From IMG/VR virus record IMGVR_UViG_3300037069_002417, positions 1-26,834 of that record: 26,834 nucleotides of DNA. One strand, written 5' to 3'. Shown piece after piece: positions 1-6,200 of this stretch (the first letter of the stretch is position 1; each line of letters begins with the position of its first letter). Both the position numbers and the translations under genes were made by a program. This stretch comes from a virus. Taxonomy: Duplodnaviria > Caudoviricetes. The notes below the pieces were generated by a model. The model searched no databases. It was not told the DNA's origin and saw only the letters and a list, made by a program, of their open reading frames with translations.

Positions 1-112
1 GAAAGATCGGTGATCGGCACCCACCTATCCGTGCCATCGCAGGACCAGGGTGAGCGCGGCGTGGCGCGCGGGGATCGCGAGCGGTCGGCGATCGGCTGCC
101 AGCCTCGGGGTG

Positions 113-470
113 TATCGACTGCCAGAAAAGCCTAGGAACGCAGTCATATCCGGGGTAATCGGGCAAAACGTCAAGTGTCTGATATGCCACGATACCCGGT
201 CGCCGGGGGCAATCGAGTGTATCGAGTGTATCTATTACCTAGGAAAATAAAGGAGAGAGCGGAACCTCGGGAGGTCGGGTGCCTCAAACTACCGCCAAAC
301 TTGTAGCAGCAGTTCAGCCGGGGATCGCGCGTATCCTATATTTTTAAAACTTGGTAGTAGATACATTCGATACATTCGATAAGTCGGCCTGAACAAAATC
401 AATCACTTAGCTCGGGTAGTCAACTGCCAGGGAACCTTGGTAATCGACGCCAAAAACCTGGCAGTCGATA
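113..470. repeat. Nested degenerate inverted-repeat region (candidate origin or regulatory structure)
   Basis: TATCGACTGCCAG (113-125) pairs perfectly with CTGGCAGTCGATA (458-470). 212-239 pairs with 353-380 (28 bp, 3 mismatches), and each of these arms has a tandem 9-mer (ATCGAGTGT x2 / ATACATTCG x2). Both pairs are centred near 292-296. No convincing ORF. Confidence 0.75.
397..409 (+). promoter_or_regulatory. IHF-binding consensus match
   Basis: AATCAATCACTTA fits WATCAANNNNTTR and has an AT-rich stretch upstream (337-352). Function is inferred. Confidence 0.4.
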
Positions 471-598
471 GCTTGCCACTCGCGAGGTCACCCACGCGGG
501 GCAAATCGGGCGGCGCGGCGCATTAAATCCACAGCATTCGGTGGCGCGTGCCTCATGCGCGCCGGTGTTGCGAGTGCTGTAGGTTGAATGGGTCGCTC

Positions 599-634
599 CT
601 GCTGTAGCAGGATTAGTTATTCCTACTACAGCAG
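599..634 (-). terminator. Hairpin just downstream of the 322-aa gene, possible terminator
   Basis: CTGCTGTAGCAGGA (599-612) pairs with TCCTACTACAGCAG (621-634) with 1 mismatch, about 30 bp past the stop at 665. No clear U-tract. The right arm overlaps a copy of the dispersed palindrome. Confidence 0.4.
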
Positions 635-664
635 TAACAACGAGGTCAGTCTTAGGCGTCAGGC

Positions 665-1633
665 TTAGGCTGCCGTCAGGGCGTCCACGTCATCCGGCGT
701 GAACGTTGAGGGTGACAAGGCGGCACCGATGGACTTCTTGCCACCACGGGCGCGCTTGGCCGCCTTGGGTGCGGGCGGCGCGACCGTCTCGACCTCGACC
801 TCGGGGACTTCCTCGGTCGCGGGGACTTCTTCGGTCTCGGTCGGCTCGTTCAGCAGGCCCTCGATCGTCTGGTCCGGCTGATCCGATACTACGGTCGTAG
901 CACCGGGAACCATACCGCGCACTGCGTCGAGGACTTCCTTGGTCACGGTCGCGAGACCATCGGCGGCCGCCACGATGTCGGCCAGATCGAAGTGGCTGGA
1001 GATCGCGCGCAGCTTGCCCACGATGGCCTCCAGTTCCTTGGCAGTCTTGGCGGTGTCCACCTTGCGGTCGGCGATGACGCGATGCGCCTCGGCGATCAGA
1101 TGGTCCATCGTCGGGATGCTCGCGCCGTCTTTGATGAAGCGCGAGGTCGAGAGGATGCAGTGATACTTGCGCAAGAACGCCTCACGCAGCGGCTTCGGCG
1201 CACCCTTCTCGGGGTTCTCGCCTTCGATCGTCCAGGCGTCGTTGCACATCCCGATGATGCGGCCGATGTCGTCACGCACGTTGGGGTGCATGACCACGCC
1301 GGCTTCTGAGATGAACGTTTTGATGGACTTGGACAGACCCTGCTGGTCTTCCTTGGCCTTCTTCAGCATGGAAGACGCCGCGGAAATCTCCAGCTCCGTC
1401 CAGCTACCCTCGGCGGAGCGGTCCGCGAGGGCGCGCATGGCGTTCTCACGGGCGTTGGATGCCTCGACCTTGGCCTTGTCGTTTTCATCCTTGGCGTTGG
1501 CCGCGAGACCGTCGGCGTAGGCGATCTCGGTCCGGCAGACCGAGGTAATCGTGCTGGAGATCGAGGACAAGCGCGCCGCATCGTTGGTCTGCTTGGCCTT
1601 GATGGCGAGAACCGTGTTCAGAACGTTTGTCAT
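665..1633 (-). CDS. Hypothetical protein (322 aa), helical, with an acidic then basic low-complexity C-terminus
   Basis: Long ORF with GC3-biased codons. Start reassigned to ATG at 1633 (MTNVLNTV) because a GGAGG RBS lies at 1646-1642. No family recognised. Confidence 0.8.
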   Translation of the reverse strand: MTNVLNTVLAIKAKQTNDAARLSSISSTITSVCRTEIAYADGLAANAKDENDKAKVEASNARENAMRALADRSAEGSWTELEISAASSMLKKAKEDQQGLSKSIKTFISEAGVVMHPNVRDDIGRIIGMCNDAWTIEGENPEKGAPKPLREAFLRKYHCILSTSRFIKDGASIPTMDHLIAEAHRVIADRKVDTAKTAKELEAIVGKLRAISSHFDLADIVAAADGLATVTKEVLDAVRGMVPGATTVVSDQPDQTIEGLLNEPTETEEVPATEEVPEVEVETVAPPAPKAAKRARGGKKSIGAALSPSTFTPDDVDALTAA

Positions 1634-1725
1634 AGGCTTAGCCTCCAATGCTACTACGTAGTAGCGGGTTGACCGGGTTGCTCCGGTAGTGACAAGCGGG
1701 AGTGCGTGCCACTGCCGGAACAACG

Positions 1726-1764
1726 AAAAGCCGCGCGCGACCCTAAGAGGATCACGCGCGGCTT
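1726..1764 (-). terminator. Rho-independent terminator (minus strand)
   Basis: AAGCCGCGCG (1728-1737) pairs with CGCGCGGCTT (1755-1764), with further inner pairing. On the minus strand it ends in TTTT. Confidence 0.6.
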
Positions 1765-2257
1765 GACGGTTGGGGGTTGGAGTGCGTAGCCCCATCTCGC
1801 GCGGTTGCTAGGCGCGCAGGATGTTTGCGTTCTGATAAAGAGGCCGATTGTAGACCTAATTTGTTGCGTTCGCGCCCGGCTACGGAAGGATACTATCCAA
1901 CCCGCAAGATGCCTTTATGATGCGCCTGCCAATCCATACCTCACTACGGTCGCTCTGTTCATCGCACCATCGCTTGCCAGTATCTGCGCCTCATACGCCC
2001 GCAGACTTAACAATCGCATTGCGAGCAGGGGTTATCGTTACCGTGCGCACTTTGGATTAGGGTCATTGTTATGTCGGGCTGACCAAACTCCGCCCCGCTA
2101 GTCTCACTAGCCTGATATAGCTCCCCGCCTAACACCGCTCGGGCTCGCATTGTAAATGAACAGGTAGGCTAGACGCCGCAGGTCTATGGTGCCTGCTACC
2201 AGTTTAGGTCGTCTACACCCTAGTGGATCGGTCAGATACTACGTAGTAGCGCCTGCC

Positions 2258-2310
2258 GGGGGGTGGCCACCGGGGGGGCCATCTGTCCATGGGGGAGGGG
2301 GGCTGGGGGG
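2258..2310 (+). other. Cluster of five G-tracts (G-quadruplex-capable), followed by an A/T tract
   Basis: G6 (2258), G7 (2272), G5 (2291), G6 (2297), G6 (2305), then AAATTTTAATTCCAAAAATTT at 2357-2377. Confidence 0.6.
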
Positions 2311-2612
2311 TGCTGTTATCTAAGCCCCCAAGACACCCAGCCTAAAATCGCTTCCGAAATTTTAATTCCAAAAATTTGGACCCCTTCAAATCACACCCTT
2401 TTAACCTGCCACGCGCGCCGATTTCGTGTATCAACAATGCCTATTCGTTACGATAGCGTTACATGTCACAGTTACGAGAGTAGTGTTTTTGTTTGGTAAA
2501 CTCCGCTAGACACAAGGCGTTGCAGCGTGCGACACAGTGCGTCACCGGATGCGTCCCAAGCGGCTCCGGCACGCCGTTTTGATGCCCAACTACGGTAGTA
2601 GGAAGCCTGGAT

Positions 2613-3053
2613 ATGACAACCAAGCGGATCAGCAGTAGCCACTCCCAGATAGGGGAAGCGGCCCCGATCCCTCGTTTAGACGCCTTCCTAGCCGACCGGA
2701 TCACGGACTGGCTGAGCACAACCTACGAGAGCAGGCGAAAGCCAGAAATACAATCTAAAGTCCTTGCGCTGGTGCTCCAGCTCGCCTTTGATAAGAAGGG
2801 CGACCCGCAGCCCTTCCCCCGTCGGGAAGACCTCGCGGAGTATCTGTCCTGCTCCAAATTCACGATCGACGCGGCGATCTACCGCTCGATGGAGCGCGAC
2901 CTGATCCGCCCGGTGCTGCGCCCGGTCGAGGGCCATCTGGCGCGCGGCGGCGGCGTCAACCAGCTCCGCTATTTCGAGATCATCAGCGACGCGCTGAAAG
3001 CTGAATATGACAGCTACAGAAGGACTGCGGGACGGAAACGACCTGCTGCCTAA
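2613..3053 (+). CDS. Winged helix-turn-helix DNA-binding protein (146 aa), candidate repressor
   Basis: FPRREDLAEYLSCSKFTIDAAIYRSMERDLI has HTH spacing followed by a wing-like beta hairpin, plus a basic C-terminus. A palindrome copy ends 12 bp before the ATG. Confidence 0.7.
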   Translation: MTTKRISSSHSQIGEAAPIPRLDAFLADRITDWLSTTYESRRKPEIQSKVLALVLQLAFDKKGDPQPFPRREDLAEYLSCSKFTIDAAIYRSMERDLIRPVLRPVEGHLARGGGVNQLRYFEIISDALKAEYDSYRRTAGRKRPAA

Positions 3054-3234
3054 ATAGAAACAACTGAATAATATAACGAAGGGCAAACCATTGCCCATGT
3101 CGCGATAGTTGGGTGAAAGCTATTCCCCTTCATAGACAAACCCGTTAGAACCCAGTGACCCGTGGCCGTCGCCGTCCTGGACGGTCATTTAACTTGTGGG
3201 GCTGCTACGATAGTAGCACCCTGGAGGTCACGTA

Positions 3235-3480
3235 ATGCCCAGGTCGGGAGCCGCTGCTTCGACGCCACCGCGCATCGTCGCGGACGACATGAGCTACCCC
3301 AGTGAGGTCGCACGCCTGTTCGCGACATTCGTGTTCAGTGAGATCATCGAAGACTTCGCCCGCGCGGATTTAGCGCCGCTGCGCCATCGTCCCGCCGCCG
3401 TGGATCGGGCGCGCGACGAGGCGATCAAGGACATCACCAGCATCGCCAAGCTGCTCAACCACCCGCCGGACGCCGTCTGA
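3235..3480 (+). CDS. Hypothetical protein (81 aa)
   Basis: GGAGG RBS at 3223-3227, ATG start, typical codon usage. Confidence 0.7.
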   Translation: MPRSGAAASTPPRIVADDMSYPSEVARLFATFVFSEIIEDFARADLAPLRHRPAAVDRARDEAIKDITSIAKLLNHPPDAV

Positions 3481-3546
3481 TACCCTGCTAACGGGGTTCG
3501 CCGGCTTGCGTGATCGCGAGTCGGCGTGACACCCTGGAAACAGTTT

Positions 3547-3656
3547 GGGCCGGTCCTTTTGCAGAGGACCGGCCCGATACTGGTGGCAATGAGGAGGAAC
3601 CGTTCGACCCCCTCATTGCCACGCTCCATCCGTTTTTTCAACCCCCCACGGGGGGT
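3547..3656. promoter_or_regulatory. Three tandem hairpins in the leader of the Rep-like gene
   Basis: GGGCCGGTCCT/AGGACCGGCCC (3547-3575), GTGGCAATGAGG/CCTCATTGCCAC (3583-3622), ACCCCCC/GGGGGGT (3641-3656). Confidence 0.6.
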
Positions 3657-3673
3657 CGGGGAGAGCTGTGCCG

Positions 3674-4204
3674 ATGCCAAGCCAGAACTTTTTTTCACCA
3701 GGCCATGCAACCGCCACCGCGCGCCGCCTGCGCACCGCCGTCGCCGCCCGCGAGATCACCCCCTACGACTTCGTGATCGCCGACCATTTGCTGTGGCAGT
3801 GCCGCAAGCTGGGCCGCGCCGACGCCCGCATCTCGATGTCGGCGCTTGCCTCGCGGTGCGGGCGGGCCAAATCCACCGTCGAGAAAACCGTCAAACGTCT
3901 CGCCGACCTCGGCCTTTTCCGCGTGGTGAAATCGCGTCTCAGGGTCTGGTGGGGGGTGAACCATAGCTCGGTCGCGTCCCGCCAGGACGTGAACACCTAT
4001 GTTTTCTGCGCGCCGGACACAGAGACCGCGCGGCGGCCGGTAGAACGAGTCAAAGATAAAACCCTAGAGTCTCAACATGCTAGACCCTTGGGAAAAGAGC
4101 TTGCAGCGGCACTAGAAAGCTACCAAACTACAGTAGTAAAAATGCAAGGGGCGCGTAACCGTGAAAACACTGGTACTGCTGTCCCAAAAGGGGGGTGCTG
4201 GTAA
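3674..4204 (+). CDS. HTH-domain protein, putative plasmid-type replication initiator
   Basis: ISMSALASRCGRAKSTVEKTVKRLADLGLF winged HTH followed by RQDVNTYVF, the pattern of small alphaproteobacterial plasmid Rep/HTH_36-like proteins. Directly upstream of parA. Alternative start is GTG at 3668. Confidence 0.6.
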   Translation: MPSQNFFSPGHATATARRLRTAVAAREITPYDFVIADHLLWQCRKLGRADARISMSALASRCGRAKSTVEKTVKRLADLGLFRVVKSRLRVWWGVNHSSVASRQDVNTYVFCAPDTETARRPVERVKDKTLESQHARPLGKELAAALESYQTTVVKMQGARNRENTGTAVPKGGCW

Positions 4205-4841
4205 GAGCACGCTGGCGCTGCATATCGCGGTCTGTGCCGAACGACAGGGCCTGCGAACATTGCTCGTGGATGTCGATCCGCAGGGGTCGATCGCCGGCTG
4301 GGCCGAGCGGCGCGGCGAGCGCACCCCCGACGTGTTGCCGACTCATCCGGCCAAACTCGCCGCGGTGTGCGCCGACTCCGCGCGCGAAGGCTACGATCTG
4401 ATCGTCATCGACACGGCCCCCGCCGCCGATAGAGGGGCGCTGGTCGCCGCCGGGGTGGCCGATTTTATTTTGATCCCATGTCGGCCCGCGCAATTCGATC
4501 TCGACGCCGTGGTCACGACGGTGGCGATGATCCGCACTGTGCGAAAACCGTTCGCCATCGCGTTCAATGCCGCCCCGCCACGGGGCCGCCAGATCGAGGA
4601 CGCGACCTCGCTGGTGGTAGCGTCGGAATATCCCTATCTGGCGCACAGCATCCGCAGCCGTGTGGCGTTTCAATCCTGCCTGACCTCGGGCGATACCGCG
4701 ATGGAGCTGGAACCAAGCTCGATAGCGGCGCGCGAGATGGGTGATTTCTACGGCGAGCTGATGGGCCGCATGGACCGGCTCGACCGACTCGTTACCGCCG
4801 TGCCGAACGGCGACAACACCAAAACCAAGAGGAGTGCCTGA
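4161..4841 (+). CDS. parA: ParA-family partition ATPase (type Ib, no N-terminal HTH)
   Basis: Deviant Walker A KGGAGKST at the N-terminus, A' motif DVDPQGS, Walker B IVIDTAP, ADFILIP; 226 aa. Confidence 0.95.
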   Translation: MKTLVLLSQKGGAGKSTLALHIAVCAERQGLRTLLVDVDPQGSIAGWAERRGERTPDVLPTHPAKLAAVCADSAREGYDLIVIDTAPAADRGALVAAGVADFILIPCRPAQFDLDAVVTTVAMIRTVRKPFAIAFNAAPPRGRQIEDATSLVVASEYPYLAHSIRSRVAFQSCLTSGDTAMELEPSSIAAREMGDFYGELMGRMDRLDRLVTAVPNGDNTKTKRSA

Positions 4842-5140
4842 TGGCACTGAAAGCACCGCGAACACTGAACCGCCTGCCCGAGCCGCCGCCCGTGGAGCGC
4901 GTCCCAGGCCGTGCCCCAGCGGCGAGCAAGGGCCGCACGCGGCTGACGCCGATCAACGGCAAGGGCAAGCCTGTGGGCACCCGCGAGGGTCGCACGCAGG
5001 TGGCGTTCTTCATCAACCGGCAGGCCAAGAAGCAGCTCGATCAGTTCCGCATCGACGAGGATACCTCGTTGCAGGCGCTGATGATCGAAGCGGTCAACCT
5101 GCTGCTGGAGAAGAAGGGCAAACGGCCGAACGCGGAGTAG
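4841..5140 (+). CDS. Ribbon-helix-helix partition/centromere-binding protein (ParG-like)
   Basis: Coupled to parA (TGATG). Flexible basic N-terminus, then TQVAFFINRQAKKQLDQFRIDEDTSLQALMIEAVNLLL (beta-alpha-alpha). Confidence 0.8.
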   Translation: MALKAPRTLNRLPEPPPVERVPGRAPAASKGRTRLTPINGKGKPVGTREGRTQVAFFINRQAKKQLDQFRIDEDTSLQALMIEAVNLLLEKKGKRPNAE

Positions 5141-5144
5141 CACC

Positions 5145-5405
5145 ATGAGCGACGATCCGATCCTGGCCGCCCTGGCGCGGCTGGAGGCCGGGCAAGTGGC
5201 CGTGATGGAACGCCTCGACCGACTACAGAACGCGATCACGGCGATCCGCGACGACATCGGCGTGAACTTCGCGCGGGCGAGCCGTGCAATCGAGGTGAAC
5301 GATCACACCCGCGCGGAACTGCGCACGCTCGGCTCCGAGGTCTCGGGGATGCAGCGGCAAATCCAGCGGCTGCAAAGCGACGTGCGCGAGCTGCGCGGCG
5401 AGTGA
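5145..5405 (+). CDS. Small coiled-coil protein (86 aa)
   Basis: Heptad pattern throughout; GGAG upstream; follows the RHH gene by 4 bp. Confidence 0.7.
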   Translation: MSDDPILAALARLEAGQVAVMERLDRLQNAITAIRDDIGVNFARASRAIEVNDHTRAELRTLGSEVSGMQRQIQRLQSDVRELRGE

Positions 5406-5478
5406 CCGCCCGCTAAGGCGTTTCCCCCGCGCCCTTTGCTATGTTACTACCGTCGTAAGAGTTCGACGGAGTCCGGCT

Positions 5479-5904
5479 ATGCGCCTCGATCTGTTCCGCG
5501 AGCAGTCCGCCAGTGGTGCCACCATCGGCAGGCTCCACGTCGACGACGATTTCGAGTGCCACACGCTTGAGGATGTCGTGCGCGACCGCGAGAAAATCCC
5601 CGGCCGCACGGCGATCCCGGACGGCACCTACGGTGTCGTCGTCACCCACTCGCCGCGCTTCGGCGTGCTGATGCCGCTGCTGGTCGGGGTGCCCGGCTTC
5701 GAGGGCGTGCGCATCCATACCGGCAACACCGCCGAGGATACCGAGGGCTGCATCCTGGTTGGCCAGGGCCGCGACGACGACTCGATCAGCAGCTCGCGCG
5801 CCGCCTATGCGGCGCTGTTCGCCAAGCTCAAGGCCGCCCATGACAGCGGCGAGACCATCACGCTGACCATCCATCCAACGCAGCGCGAGGGAGCCGAGTC
5901 GTGA
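5479..5904 (+). CDS. DUF5675-like protein, putative endolysin/peptidase
   Basis: TIGRL..CHTLED..IPDGTY..HSPRFG..VPGFEGVRIHTGNTAEDTEGCILVG has the His/Cys pattern of the L,D-transpeptidase-like DUF5675 phage family. GGAG RBS. Confidence 0.85.
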   Translation: MRLDLFREQSASGATIGRLHVDDDFECHTLEDVVRDREKIPGRTAIPDGTYGVVVTHSPRFGVLMPLLVGVPGFEGVRIHTGNTAEDTEGCILVGQGRDDDSISSSRAAYAALFAKLKAAHDSGETITLTIHPTQREGAES

Positions 5905-6200
5905 GCCTGAAAACCAAGAATACCGACTACCGTTTCAGCACGGCGTCGTTTTCCCATCTCAAGCTGATCGTGCCCGGCACGCCGTTCCCGGTCACCGACG
6001 GGCTGCTGACCGGCGTGGCGGGGGTGGCCGACCTGACCATGGCCTCGGGCGTGGTGGTGCTCGGGGTGCCGCTGGTGGCGGGCTACAACCCGCTGCGGGT
6101 GGTCGCCGTGGCCGCGTTCACGCCGACCGCCGTGGGTGCCGCCGACGTGGTGTTCGCGGGCTACTGCTACGGCGTACCGATGAGCGGCCTGCTGCCGTGA
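5901..6200 (+). CDS. Putative head-spike base protein (RcGTA Rcc01079-like)
   Basis: About 100 aa, beta-rich, GLLTGVAGVADLTMASG...LVAGYNPLRVVAV. Coupled (GTGA) to a spike-fibre-like gene. Confidence 0.55.
   Translation: MSLKTKNTDYRFSTASFSHLKLIVPGTPFPVTDGLLTGVAGVADLTMASGVVVLGVPLVAGYNPLRVVAVAAFTPTAVGAADVVFAGYCYGVPMSGLLP

Noticed and set aside
113-470. Hairpin-telomere (telRL) site
   Set aside because: Known telRL sites are near-perfect palindromes without a long spacer. Here the centre is not self-complementary and no protelomerase is visible.
1634-1795. N-terminal 54 aa of track ORF 665..1795
   Set aside because: It crosses a terminator and a palindrome; a good RBS supports the ATG at 1633.
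1805-2499. Track ORFs 1805..2101 and 2263..2499
   Set aside because: No RBS, atypical codon usage, and the second runs through the G-tracts; the region looks non-coding.
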